A stretch of DNA of 32,000 nt from Pirellula staleyi DSM 6068 (GTDB lineage: Bacteria > Planctomycetota > Planctomycetia > Pirellulales > Pirellulaceae): NCBI GenBank assembly GCA_000025185.1, contig CP001848.1, positions 2,430,001-2,462,000 on the forward strand, read 5' to 3'. A program made the translations under genes and the position numbers. This document shows positions 21,898 to 31,690 of this stretch, one piece after another (position 1 is the first letter of the stretch; every line of letters begins with the position of its first letter). The notes under the pieces are model-generated. The model made no database searches. It saw only the letters and a program-made list of their open reading frames with translations, and was not told where the DNA came from.

Positions 21898-23466
21898 GTG
21901 TTTGATCTACTGTTTCGCGGCGGCATGGTTTTGGATGGCTCAGGGGGGCCGTCGTTGCGCGCCGATGTGGGAGTTTTGGGGGATCAAATCACAGCGGTGG
22001 GGGACCTTTCGCACGCCTCGGCAACTCGCGTGGTCGATGTTTCGGGGCGGGTGATCGCTCCCGGGTTCATCGACGTGCATAACCACAGCGAGGGGTGGCT
22101 CCTTTCGCACAAAAATTTCTGGCCCAAGACGAGCCAAGGTTTCACCACCGAAGTGCTGATGGCGGACGGCATTTCGTACGCTCCTGTCGACCGGCATAAC
22201 TGGCGCGAGTGGATTTACTATCTGCGGTCGCTCAACGGCCTGCGTTACGAGCAATATCAAGGCTGGCAATCGATTGCCGACTACCTGTCGCTGCTCGATC
22301 GACGGACCGCGCAGAACGTGATTGCGCACGTTCCGTATGCTAACTGCCGCGTCCTAGCGCAAGGCTGGGGACGCCATGCGCCCGACGATTTTCAGATGCG
22401 ACAAATCCGCAACGAAATTCGCCTCGGCATGGAGCAAGGCTGTGTCGGACTCTCGACCGGCATGGACTACGTCGGCGAGTGTTTTGCATCGACCGACGAA
22501 CTGGTCGAAGCATGCAAAGTGATTGCCCCGTACCAAGGGCTGTACGTCACACATGTGCGCTACAAAATGGGGCTCCTCCCGGCGTTTCGCGAAGCGGTGG
22601 AGATCGGTCGCCGCAGTGGAGCACGCGTGCACATTTCGCACTTGAAGGCGACCAGCACGCAAGATGTCGATGAGGTCCTGGCGTTTTGCGACTGGGCGAG
22701 CCGCGAGGTCGATTTCAGCTTCGATGTCTACCCCTACCAGCGCGGCAGCACGATGCTGAATTATCTCCTCCCCTACGAAGTTTGGGACGACGGTCCGCTC
22801 GCGGTTCTCTCCAAGCTCGGAAAGAGCGAAGTGCTCGAGCGATTCCGCATCGCGCTGGCCCAGTCCGGGACACCAATCGAGCGTTACACCATTGCCTGGA
22901 CCAACACGTGGGACAACTCCACCCACCACGGCAAGTTGCTTTCAGAATATGTCGAGGAGATGGGACGCTCACCGGAAGAGGCGCTCTATCATCTACTGCT
23001 CGAAGAAAATCTAGCCACGCTCCTGGTGATCGATTCGGGAGACGACCAACTGATCGAGCCGATCCTGCAGCATCCCAAATTCATGCTCGGGAGCGATGGG
23101 ATCTACTTCCCCGATTCCGTGGTGCATCCCCGCGTGTATGGAAGCACCGGAAGATTGCTTGGCCCCTGCGTGCGCGAGAAACGATTGTTCACGCTCGCTG
23201 ATGCAGTCTACAAAATGACCCTCGCTCCCGCGCGTCGATTTGGACTCGCCGGACGGGGTCAGATTGCCGAAGGATGTTTCGCGGATCTGGTGATTTTCGA
23301 TCCCGACAGCGTCGGGGATTTGGCGACCTACGATCAGCCGCACCAGGTTTGCACCGGGATCGAGCAGGTGGTGGTAAACGGCGTGGTGATTGTCGACAAC
23401 AGCCAGCCGGTGCACTTCCTCGGTGAAGAACTTCCGGGCCGGGTGCTGAAGTATCAGCCTGTGTAG
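21898..23466 (+). CDS. N-acyl-D-amino-acid deacylase (D-aminoacylase) family amidohydrolase
   Basis: The GTG start at 21898 gives MFDLLFRGGMVLDGSGGP...VIAPGFIDVHNHSE, with the HxH metal site. The length and N-terminal pattern are typical of D-aminoacylases. The C-terminal FADLVIFDP...V.GVVIV block is also typical. Confidence 0.8.
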   Translation: MFDLLFRGGMVLDGSGGPSLRADVGVLGDQITAVGDLSHASATRVVDVSGRVIAPGFIDVHNHSEGWLLSHKNFWPKTSQGFTTEVLMADGISYAPVDRHNWREWIYYLRSLNGLRYEQYQGWQSIADYLSLLDRRTAQNVIAHVPYANCRVLAQGWGRHAPDDFQMRQIRNEIRLGMEQGCVGLSTGMDYVGECFASTDELVEACKVIAPYQGLYVTHVRYKMGLLPAFREAVEIGRRSGARVHISHLKATSTQDVDEVLAFCDWASREVDFSFDVYPYQRGSTMLNYLLPYEVWDDGPLAVLSKLGKSEVLERFRIALAQSGTPIERYTIAWTNTWDNSTHHGKLLSEYVEEMGRSPEEALYHLLLEENLATLLVIDSGDDQLIEPILQHPKFMLGSDGIYFPDSVVHPRVYGSTGRLLGPCVREKRLFTLADAVYKMTLAPARRFGLAGRGQIAEGCFADLVIFDPDSVGDLATYDQPHQVCTGIEQVVVNGVVIVDNSQPVHFLGEELPGRVLKYQPV

Positions 23467-23498
23467 CCGTGTCCCAAGCCGACGGTACTGCAAGAACG

Positions 23499-23538
23499 AA
23501 AAAAGTGCCGACCAACCTGAAACAAGTTGGCCGGCACT
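23499..23538 (-). terminator. Intrinsic terminator downstream of the 1042-codon minus-strand gene
   Basis: The stem pairs gtgccgaccaac (23505-23516) with gttggccggcac (23526-23537), 12 bp with one mismatch and a 9-nt loop. On the minus strand it is followed by TTTTTT (A-run 23499-23504 on the + strand). Confidence 0.7.
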
Positions 23539-23594
23539 AGCAGTGTTTATCGTCGAGCGTTCATCGCGGGAACTGGTTTCCCGCTGCTGATGTG

Positions 23595-26537
23595 CTACGG
23601 CTGGAAGGCTTTGTCGTCCTTCTTGCCACCGCTACGGAGGTAGGCAATCAGGTCGAGCACTTCTTCCTTTGTCAGGGTGTTGATGAGACCCTGGGGCATC
23701 TCACTGATCTTCGACTGTTGACGCTGCTCGATATCTTCCTTGGCGATTGTGACGAGTTGCAACGCAAAGGGATCGGTGCGGACCTTGATCACCTTGTCGT
23801 TCTCTTCGATCACGCGGCCGGTGATCACGTCGCCATCGACCGTGAGGATCATCGAACCGACATACTGATCGGAGATCGCTTTCGAAGGAACCACCAGCGA
23901 TTCGACGAGGTACTGGGTGTTGAAGCGATTTCCCACCCCCGTGATGTCGGGGCCGGTATCGCCACCTTGGCCGTCGAATCGATGGCACTTGTAGCACTGA
24001 GCAGCTTCATACGCGGCTCGTCCCTTCTCGAACGAACGACCTTTCTCGACATCCCCGAGCGAAGCGGCGAAATCTTCCGCTTGCCAGTTGTGTACGAATT
24101 GACGGGTCGTTTCGAGCTTCACCGTTTCGACAAAGGCTTTTCCTTCGATCACTTCCTTGAGCGCCAAACGATCAGCTTCGGTGAGCTTTTCGGCGGCATC
24201 GGTCCGAATTCGATCGAGGAACTTGCGGAAGCTATTGCCACCGCGGCCTTTCTGCTGACCCATCGAGATCCAGCTGAAAAAGACCTTGCGCTGCTCCATC
24301 GTAAGGAGCGGCGAAATGTTGCGGAGGACAAGCACGTAATACAGCTGCTCTTCCTGCGTCTGAGCCGCTGAAAGGAGTTTGAGAGCTGGCTCGATCACCG
24401 CTGGCGATTCGAGGTAGACCAGCAGGGCGGCGAGTTCGCGATTCACCGATTCGCTTTGGTTCGGAAAGAGTGGGAGCAGCTTGTCGGCGATGCTCTTGGC
24501 GGTAGCAGCGTCGGGCTTGCCGAGGCGAATGAACGCCAGGCCGTAGGCTCGCGAAAGTGCCAGCAGCTGATCTTCGGTCATGCGCGAGGTGGGCAAGCTG
24601 CCGAGCTTTTCGACGAGTTGGGGGAGCATCGATTTGTCGCCACTGCGGGCCACGGCAATCATGGCATTAATGGCGGCTGTGACGCGCGTTTCAGCAAACG
24701 CTTTCTCTTTCCACGCAGCAATCGGCTGATGTTCGATGGCAACGCGCGCCGCATAGCGAATCGCGCGATCTCCCGAGTTCATGTGTGGCCAGCAAAAGTC
24801 GACTGCTTGGGGATCTTCCTTCGTTTGAAAGGCTTCGATTTCGCTGCGAAGCTTACGTGCGGCAGCCGCTGCTGCGTCGGCAGCTGGTGCGGCAGGGGCG
24901 GTCGATTCGCTGCCGACATACTTCACGCGATAGAGCCCCGACTGTGTGCCACGACCACCGATGGTGAAATACATCTGACCATCGGTGTGGATCACCACGT
25001 CGGTGAGTGGCATCGGACGACCTTCGACAAAGACTTCAAACGTGGCGGTGTAGGTGGCTCCCACAGGTGCCAGATGCACGGCGTAGAGCTTGCCGTAGGT
25101 CCAGTCGTTGATGAACAAAGCACGCTGATATTTCTCGGGAAACTTAGCGCCAGTGCCAAACGCCACACCGGTTGGCGACCCCATACCGATGTTCACCACA
25201 GCGCCGAGGCTGTCGGGAGAATATTCGGGCCACTTGCCTGTTCCGTTGCGCCAGCCGTACTCGCCGCCGCTCACCAAATGATTTACGCGCGTTGGGCGAT
25301 ACCAGGGAGTTCCGGTATCCCATTCCATGTCGCTGTCGTAGGTGAAAACCTGGCCTTCAGGGTTGAAGTCGAAGTCGTAAGCGTTGCGGAGACCGGCCGA
25401 GAGAAGTTCCCAGTTTTGCCCCTTCAGGTCGCAGCGAGCGATCCAGCCGCCGGGAGCCATGATGTGCGGATCGTGTCCGCCACCATCGGGATTGCGTGGG
25501 AGGAGCAGATCTTCGGCCCAGTTGCGCATGGGGGACGAAGGATCGTACCCTTCAGGAACTGCGGTGAAGTTGCCGGCGATGACATAGAGCTTGCCATCGG
25601 GTCCGAGCCGGACGGCGTGAGGACCATGCTCGCCACCGCCGTTGAGTTTCTTCAGCAGCGTGACTTTGTCGAGCTGACCATCGGCGTTGGTGTCGGTCAC
25701 TTCGTAGAGACCACTTCCTTGAGCAGCGCTGCCGTTCACAACGACATAGAGCCGATCGTTGGCCCACAACAGACCTTGAGCCTGACCAATCGGCACGTCG
25801 ATTTTTTCGACTTTGGTGGTTTCGGCTGTCTTGCCAGGAGTGACGCTATAGAGCGAGCCACCTTGGTCGCAAACCACCAGCGTGCCGTCGGGCTTGCTCG
25901 CCATGCTGACCCACGAACCCTGTTCCCCTTTGGGAACCGAGTAGACGAGTTCGACTTCGAAACCGGGAAGTGGCTTCATCGCCTCGACGGGTGTGCTTCC
26001 GCCAGCGGTCGAGCCAGTCAGGTCTCCCCAAGGGCCGACACCCATCGGGCCGAAGCTGTGAGGCGCCTTCCAGGCCGAGTCGTCGAACGTCGGCATTTGC
26101 CACCCTGCCGGTGCTTCCGTACTGCATTTCCACGACTTGTTGCTGACCAGGCGCTGTTTGGTGCCGTCAGCATTTTCGATCAGAATTTCGCCATGCAGGG
26201 CTGCGATGCCACTTTCGTTTTGGCCAATCACCGCCACCACATTCTTCCCCTTGCGGAGCTGTTTGGCGATGTCGACCTTCAGCCGCGATTCCCAGCCATC
26301 ATGTTTTTTGAGCTCTTGGCCATTCACCAGCAGGGTGAAGCTGTTATCGCAGCTGCCGATGTACGACGCACTTTTGGGAGCATCGGCGAGTTCAAAAGTG
26401 GTGCGGAAGTAGGCCTTTTCGCCATCTTTCGCGCCAGCGGAGGTCCAGAGCCAGAGTGGCTTCTCTTGAGCCGACACCGGGGAAGCGAGCACGAGGGTCG
26501 CCAGCGCGGCGAGCGATAGCAGGCAAGCACGAAGCAT
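23595..26537 (-). CDS. PVC-type 'membrane-bound dehydrogenase' beta-propeller / HEAT-repeat / cytochrome-c heme-binding multidomain protein with N-terminal beta-sandwich
   Basis: The ORF is open to 26723. I prefer the ATG at 26537, preceded by AAGGA, which gives the signal peptide MLRACLLSLAALATLVLASPVSAQE. The ATG at 26570 is an alternative. The propeller-like block is GGGEHGPHAVRLGPDGKLYVIAGN. The C-terminal heme motif is CYKCHRFDGQGGDTGPDITG (CxxCH). This architecture is recalled from the Pirellula/Verrucomicrobium-type families (TIGR02603/TIGR02604-like). Confidence 0.8.
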   Translation of the reverse strand: MLRACLLSLAALATLVLASPVSAQEKPLWLWTSAGAKDGEKAYFRTTFELADAPKSASYIGSCDNSFTLLVNGQELKKHDGWESRLKVDIAKQLRKGKNVVAVIGQNESGIAALHGEILIENADGTKQRLVSNKSWKCSTEAPAGWQMPTFDDSAWKAPHSFGPMGVGPWGDLTGSTAGGSTPVEAMKPLPGFEVELVYSVPKGEQGSWVSMASKPDGTLVVCDQGGSLYSVTPGKTAETTKVEKIDVPIGQAQGLLWANDRLYVVVNGSAAQGSGLYEVTDTNADGQLDKVTLLKKLNGGGEHGPHAVRLGPDGKLYVIAGNFTAVPEGYDPSSPMRNWAEDLLLPRNPDGGGHDPHIMAPGGWIARCDLKGQNWELLSAGLRNAYDFDFNPEGQVFTYDSDMEWDTGTPWYRPTRVNHLVSGGEYGWRNGTGKWPEYSPDSLGAVVNIGMGSPTGVAFGTGAKFPEKYQRALFINDWTYGKLYAVHLAPVGATYTATFEVFVEGRPMPLTDVVIHTDGQMYFTIGGRGTQSGLYRVKYVGSESTAPAAPAADAAAAAARKLRSEIEAFQTKEDPQAVDFCWPHMNSGDRAIRYAARVAIEHQPIAAWKEKAFAETRVTAAINAMIAVARSGDKSMLPQLVEKLGSLPTSRMTEDQLLALSRAYGLAFIRLGKPDAATAKSIADKLLPLFPNQSESVNRELAALLVYLESPAVIEPALKLLSAAQTQEEQLYYVLVLRNISPLLTMEQRKVFFSWISMGQQKGRGGNSFRKFLDRIRTDAAEKLTEADRLALKEVIEGKAFVETVKLETTRQFVHNWQAEDFAASLGDVEKGRSFEKGRAAYEAAQCYKCHRFDGQGGDTGPDITGVGNRFNTQYLVESLVVPSKAISDQYVGSMILTVDGDVITGRVIEENDKVIKVRTDPFALQLVTIAKEDIEQRQQSKISEMPQGLINTLTKEEVLDLIAYLRSGGKKDDKAFQP

Positions 26538-26796
26538 TACACAGAGTTCCTTGAGCGGGGCAGGGGGCATGGCAAACTCAATTGCCAAAGTCGGCGAGCA
26601 GACACAGGTGGGAAGCTCGCCAAGGGGGCATGAAGCCGCCAGTATAAGCTGGATAGTGGCGGTTGATCTACTACTGCTGGCAGCTGTTTTTGGCGACAGC
26701 AAGGAGTTGGAGCGTGGGTTCACGTCAGGAGGAAGGCGGGAGTTTGCCGGGCTGCTATGGCATGCTGGGTAGCCGCCTCGCTACACTTCTTCCGTT

Positions 26797-29700
26797 ATGA
26801 CGGCAGTGCTGCCCACCGATACCGAGGCGGCCGAGAAGCTGCGCAGGCTTCCTGGCCGGATTGCTCAGCTCGCTGGATTTGCGGAGGTTGTGGCCGCGAT
26901 GTCGCGCCACGAGCCCGCCACGATCGACGGCGTGTGGGGATCGTCGTGCGCGCTTTTGGCAGCGGCCTTGGCATCAGCCGACAATTCTCCCGTTATCGCA
27001 GTACTCCCCACGCAGCGCGAGGCCGACGATCTAGCGATCGATATTGCTCTGTTTCGCTCGCAAGGGATACTGCCGCTGCCGAGCTTCGAATCGGCGATTG
27101 TGGCAGAACTGGGGCGCGACGACGCTTTCGGGCCACGCCTGCGAACGCTGAAAGAGTTGCTCGTCGCTCGCGAGAATCCACGCGCCGCCGCCACGCTGCA
27201 GCAACTGGTGGTGACGAGCATTCACTCGCTGCTGCAGCCGATGCCCCAGCGCGAGGTCCTCGCGGCAAGTTCGCGGCGGGTCCGAAAACAAGAATCGCTC
27301 GAGATCGATCCGTTCCTGCGGTGGCTGGTCGAACATGGCTACGAAGCGACCACCAGCGTGCAGTTGCCGGGGGAATTTTGTCATCGGGGCGGCATCATCG
27401 ATTTGTTCGCTCACGACTGGCAGCGTCCAGCGCGCATTGAACTGTTCGACGACGAAGTCGAGTCGATTCGCCAGTTCGATGTGGCGACGCAGCGTAGCTT
27501 GGGAGCTCTCGATTGGGTCGAAATCACCGCGATACCGGCTGCTAATCTCGCGGGTGGGGTGATTGCCGACTATCTCCCGCCAAACAGCCGAATTTTGCTT
27601 TTTTCTCCCGATCGCCTGAGCGATGAAGGCCGCGCGCTCCACGCTCGCAGCACGGCGGAAGCGCAGCTGATGAGTGTGGCCGAGGTGCTCAGCAGCTTGA
27701 GTTCGTTTGGCATCGCCACAGCCGATGGCATTGCGGCTGGTTCGCTTGGCGTGCCATGGCACATGCCGGTAGAGAGCGTCGAGCAATTCAGTGGCGATTT
27801 GACGAAGGTGCGCGATCAACTCGGCGATTTGGCCGGTGATCACGAGGTGATGATCATCACCCCGACCGAAGCTGAGGTGCAGCGTCTGCGGGAGATTTTC
27901 GCGACTACCAGTCTCGCAGCGACCGGTCGGCTGAGCTACGTCATTGGCACGCTGCGCGAAGGGTTTCGCGTTCCGGACGAGAAGCTCATCATCATCACCG
28001 GCGGAGAGCTATTTCATCGGGGCGAGCTACGCCGTTTGCCACGTCGTCGGCTCGGAAAAGCGATCGACAGCTTCCTCGACCTGCGCGAGGGAGACCTGGT
28101 AGTTCATCTCGCGCATGGCATCGGGCGATTTGCGGGGATTAAACTTCTCGAGCGTGGTGAAACGAGCGAAGAGCATCTTGAAATCGAATTCGATGGTGGC
28201 ACGCGGATCTATGTCCCTGCGGTGCGCATCGATCTCGTTCAAAAATATGTCGGTGGCACGAAAACACGCCCCTCGCTCGCAAAAATTGGCGGGAAAACCT
28301 GGCTTAAGCAAAAGAAAGCTGCCGAGTCGGCGGTGGCCGATCTCGCGGTCGAAATGCTCGAGCTGCAAGCGATGCGCAGCGCTCGCCCTGGGATCGCATT
28401 CAGTGCCGATAGCGAGTGGCAAAAGGAGTTCGATAACTCGTTTCCGTTTCAAGAGACCGTCGATCAGCTGACATCGATTGCGTCGATCAAAGCCGACATG
28501 CAGCGAGCGCGTCCGATGGACCGGCTCCTGTGCGGCGATGTGGGATTTGGCAAAACCGAAGTGGCGATGCGGGCAGCCTTCAAGGCGGTCGATAACGGCT
28601 ACCAAGTGGCGGTGCTGGTGCCGACAACCATCCTGGCCGAACAGCACTACCGTAGCTTCATCGAGCGCATGGCCGAGTTTCCCTGCGATATTGCGAAGCT
28701 CAGTCGCTTCTGCACGTCGCAGGAAGAACGCGAGGCGCTCAAAGGTATTAAGAGTGGCAAGGTCGATATCGTGGTGGGGACACATCGTCTCGCTTCGCAG
28801 GACGTTGATTTCCACAACTTGGGGCTAGTGATCATCGACGAAGAGCAGCGTTTTGGTGTCGACGTAAAAGAGCGGCTGAAGGCGCTCAAAGCGACGGTGG
28901 ATGTCCTCACGTTGTCGGCAACACCGATTCCACGCACGCTGCATATGTCGCTCGTGGGGGTCCGCGATATTTCGAATCTCGAGTCTCCTCCTGAAGATCG
29001 AGTGCCGGTCGAAACGTCTGTCAAACGCTGGAATAACGACCTGATTCGCACCGCAGTGCTACGCGAACTCAATCGGGGGGGACAGATTTATTTTGTCCAT
29101 AACCGCGTGAATGATATTGAGATCATCGCGCGACGTTTGAATCAAATTGTTCCCGAAGCTTCGCTCCGGATCGGTCATGGACAGATGAACGAGACCGAGC
29201 TCGAGCAAGTGATGGTCGACTTTGTCGCGGGGAAGTTCGATCTGCTCCTCGCCACCACCATCGTGGAGAGTGGGCTCGATATTCCCAACGCCAATACGAT
29301 TTTCATCAACGAGGCTGAGCGCTACGGACTAGCCGACCTGCATCAGCTGCGGGGACGTGTGGGGCGCTATAAAAATCGAGCCCACTGCTATCTGCTGATC
29401 GATTCCAATAAGTCGATCACCCCCAACGCAGCACGGCGCTTGCGGGCAATTGAAGAGTTCAGCGAAATGGGGGCCGGTTTTCAGATTTCGATGCGCGACC
29501 TTGAAATCCGGGGTGCTGGCAATTTGCTTGGCACGCAGCAGAGTGGGCACATCGCCGCGGTGGGGTATGAACTCTATTGTCAGCTGCTCGAGAATGCCGT
29601 TCGGTCGCTGCAGCGTCAGCCACCGAAGCAGCAGCTAGCAGTCGACCTGAATCTGCCGGGCGAGGCGTTTTTGCCATCCGATTACGTCGACGACATGCGG

Positions 29701-30060
29701 CTGAAGATCGATCTTTATCGACGGTTGTCGCGCGTAGGTTCGCCGACCGAGCTGGCTGATTTCCGCAGCGAATTGGTCGATCGCTTTGGCGAGCCGCCAC
29801 CGCCGGTCGAGCATTTGCTGATGCTCACGGGACTAAAAATCGACGCGATGCTCTGGAGTGTTTCGTCGATCTATATCGAAGATCAGTTTGTGGTGCTGCG
29901 GGGGGATGCTCCGGTGCGGCTAGCTCAGCTAGCAAAGACACAAAAGGGGCGTTTGCGACTCGTCGACGAGCGGCATATCTATTTGCCACTCCCGAAGAAA
30001 TCGATGCCAACAGCCGAACTTTACGAACTGATAAAAACGATGTTGCAGCCGGGGAAGTAG
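26797..30060 (+). CDS. mfd: Transcription-repair coupling factor
   Basis: The protein is 1087 aa. Motifs are the Walker A segment GDVGFGKTEVAMRAAF, the DEEQ box in LVIIDEEQRFG, and helicase C-terminal motifs (TTIVESGLDIPNANT, QLRGRVGR). The CarD/TRCF-like RNAP-interaction block is GDLVVHLAHGIGRF. Confidence 0.95.
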   Translation: MTAVLPTDTEAAEKLRRLPGRIAQLAGFAEVVAAMSRHEPATIDGVWGSSCALLAAALASADNSPVIAVLPTQREADDLAIDIALFRSQGILPLPSFESAIVAELGRDDAFGPRLRTLKELLVARENPRAAATLQQLVVTSIHSLLQPMPQREVLAASSRRVRKQESLEIDPFLRWLVEHGYEATTSVQLPGEFCHRGGIIDLFAHDWQRPARIELFDDEVESIRQFDVATQRSLGALDWVEITAIPAANLAGGVIADYLPPNSRILLFSPDRLSDEGRALHARSTAEAQLMSVAEVLSSLSSFGIATADGIAAGSLGVPWHMPVESVEQFSGDLTKVRDQLGDLAGDHEVMIITPTEAEVQRLREIFATTSLAATGRLSYVIGTLREGFRVPDEKLIIITGGELFHRGELRRLPRRRLGKAIDSFLDLREGDLVVHLAHGIGRFAGIKLLERGETSEEHLEIEFDGGTRIYVPAVRIDLVQKYVGGTKTRPSLAKIGGKTWLKQKKAAESAVADLAVEMLELQAMRSARPGIAFSADSEWQKEFDNSFPFQETVDQLTSIASIKADMQRARPMDRLLCGDVGFGKTEVAMRAAFKAVDNGYQVAVLVPTTILAEQHYRSFIERMAEFPCDIAKLSRFCTSQEEREALKGIKSGKVDIVVGTHRLASQDVDFHNLGLVIIDEEQRFGVDVKERLKALKATVDVLTLSATPIPRTLHMSLVGVRDISNLESPPEDRVPVETSVKRWNNDLIRTAVLRELNRGGQIYFVHNRVNDIEIIARRLNQIVPEASLRIGHGQMNETELEQVMVDFVAGKFDLLLATTIVESGLDIPNANTIFINEAERYGLADLHQLRGRVGRYKNRAHCYLLIDSNKSITPNAARRLRAIEEFSEMGAGFQISMRDLEIRGAGNLLGTQQSGHIAAVGYELYCQLLENAVRSLQRQPPKQQLAVDLNLPGEAFLPSDYVDDMRLKIDLYRRLSRVGSPTELADFRSELVDRFGEPPPPVEHLLMLTGLKIDAMLWSVSSIYIEDQFVVLRGDAPVRLAQLAKTQKGRLRLVDERHIYLPLPKKSMPTAELYELIKTMLQPGK

Positions 30061-30217
30061 CCCTCTATAGTCCCGCCCCGGTGAAGGAGAAACTGCGCAC
30101 GGCGTAAGTCACTCCGGAGCTGTTTCCGTGTGCTCTGCAACTCGGTTTGGCAACATAGTTTGTGCAGCTGACAAGTGAGGTCAGTGGCGCGAGCAATTGA
30201 GGTAAGGAAACCTGCGT

Positions 30218-31690
30218 TTGCCGCATTGCTTTGCTAAGTTTGTGCCGCTCGCGATTCTCCTCGGCTTGATCGAGGCGAGTCCGATCTGCGCGCAAAGCTA
30301 CGGTGATCCCTACGCACAAGCGCCCCCCGCTGCTGGTCCAGCGCCGGTGAATCGCTATCCTCTGCCGCAGCAGCCAGCAGCGCCGAGCTATCCACCGCCA
30401 GTTCAGCAGCCGCAGTATCAGGTTCCCCAGTACCAAGTTCCTCAGTACCAGCCTCCACAAAATTCGGCACCGCAATATCAGCAGCCCCAGTATCCACCAG
30501 CAGCAGCTGGCTATCCCTTGCCGCAAGGGGAGGGGGGAGCGGCCAATTATCAAGCAAGCGCAGCGGCTACCGGTGGTGCTTCGGCGCCAGCATCGAGCAA
30601 GTTTGCTCCTTCGCAGATTGTGGCCCGTGTGGGCAACCAATTTGTGCTTGCCGGGGATGTCGATGCCATTGTGAATCAAATGATTGGCCCCGCACTAGCG
30701 CGAGCCAAATCGGATCAAGAGCGCGAAGCCATTGAGTCGAGCCGAGCGAATGCATCGAAAATGGTGCTGCAGCGCATGATCGACATGAAGGTGCTCTACG
30801 GCGACTTCGAGCGGAACATCGAGAAGAACGCCGGTCGCGACAAGCTCGACGAAATTCGAAAGAACATCGATCGCCGGATGCGCGATCAGTTCGAAAAAGA
30901 GCTCGCTTCGATGCGCGAGAAGGTTCGCAAAGCCAAGCCAGCTGAACTGCAAGCGATGCTCGCCCGCGATCCACAGATGCCTGTCGTCGCGATGCTGATG
31001 GAAGAACATCAGATTGAAAATCTCGGCGATCTCGACTTGCTGCTCCGGAAGTATGGTTCGTCGCTCGAGAAGACGCAGCGGTACTATCGCGAAAGCACTC
31101 TTGGTCGAAGTCAGGTGGCCGAGAATGTCCGCGAGATTCCGGAAGTGACCCATAAGGCGATGCTCGACTACTATCAGTCGCACGCGGAAGATTTTGCCCT
31201 GCAGGCGCGAGCACGCTTTGAAATGATGAGCGTGAAATTCGTCGGCTTTCCTACTCGGCAAGCGGCCTATCAAACAATCGGCCAGATGGGGAACGAAGTT
31301 TTTTACGGTGCGCCGTTTGAATCGGTGGCGAAGAAGTATTCGCAAGATCCGAGCGCTTCGCGCGGTGGCTATTTCGACTGGACTCAGCAGGGTGCATTGT
31401 CGACCGAAGTGCTCGACCGCGCTGTGTTCTCGCTCGAACCGGGCAAGTTGAGCCAGATTCTTGAGGACGAACGGGGCTACTACATCGTCCGAGTGATCGA
31501 GCGCGAAGAAGCGGGAAGCGTGCCGTTTGAAGTTGCCCAAACGAAGATCAAAGACGCTATCGAAACGCAGTACCGCGAAGAGAACTACCGCAATTACCTC
31601 ACCAAAGTGAAGCAGCAGACCACCATTTGGACCATCTACGACGAAACAGCTGGGCGTGGCTCGGCTGCTCCGGGAACAGGTTCGCGGTAG
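30218..31690 (+). CDS. Secreted SurA-like peptidyl-prolyl cis-trans isomerase (parvulin/PpiC domain) with N-terminal Pro/Gln/Tyr repeat
   Basis: The TTG start at 30218 lies 7 nt after AAGGAAA and gives the signal peptide MPHCFAKFVPLAILLGLIEASPICAQ. The repeat region is PQYQVPQYQVPQYQPPQNSAPQYQQPQYPP. The C-terminal parvulin block is RGGYFDWTQQGALSTEVLDRAVFSLEPGKLSQILEDERGYYIVRV. Confidence 0.8.
   Translation: MPHCFAKFVPLAILLGLIEASPICAQSYGDPYAQAPPAAGPAPVNRYPLPQQPAAPSYPPPVQQPQYQVPQYQVPQYQPPQNSAPQYQQPQYPPAAAGYPLPQGEGGAANYQASAAATGGASAPASSKFAPSQIVARVGNQFVLAGDVDAIVNQMIGPALARAKSDQEREAIESSRANASKMVLQRMIDMKVLYGDFERNIEKNAGRDKLDEIRKNIDRRMRDQFEKELASMREKVRKAKPAELQAMLARDPQMPVVAMLMEEHQIENLGDLDLLLRKYGSSLEKTQRYYRESTLGRSQVAENVREIPEVTHKAMLDYYQSHAEDFALQARARFEMMSVKFVGFPTRQAAYQTIGQMGNEVFYGAPFESVAKKYSQDPSASRGGYFDWTQQGALSTEVLDRAVFSLEPGKLSQILEDERGYYIVRVIEREEAGSVPFEVAQTKIKDAIETQYREENYRNYLTKVKQQTTIWTIYDETAGRGSAAPGTGSR

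Noticed and set aside
24456-26519. 687-aa plus-strand ORF
   Set aside because: It is antisense to the PVC-type dehydrogenase/heme-binding gene, which has a signal peptide, a propeller block and a CxxCH motif. The translation is Arg/Gly/Ala-rich noise.
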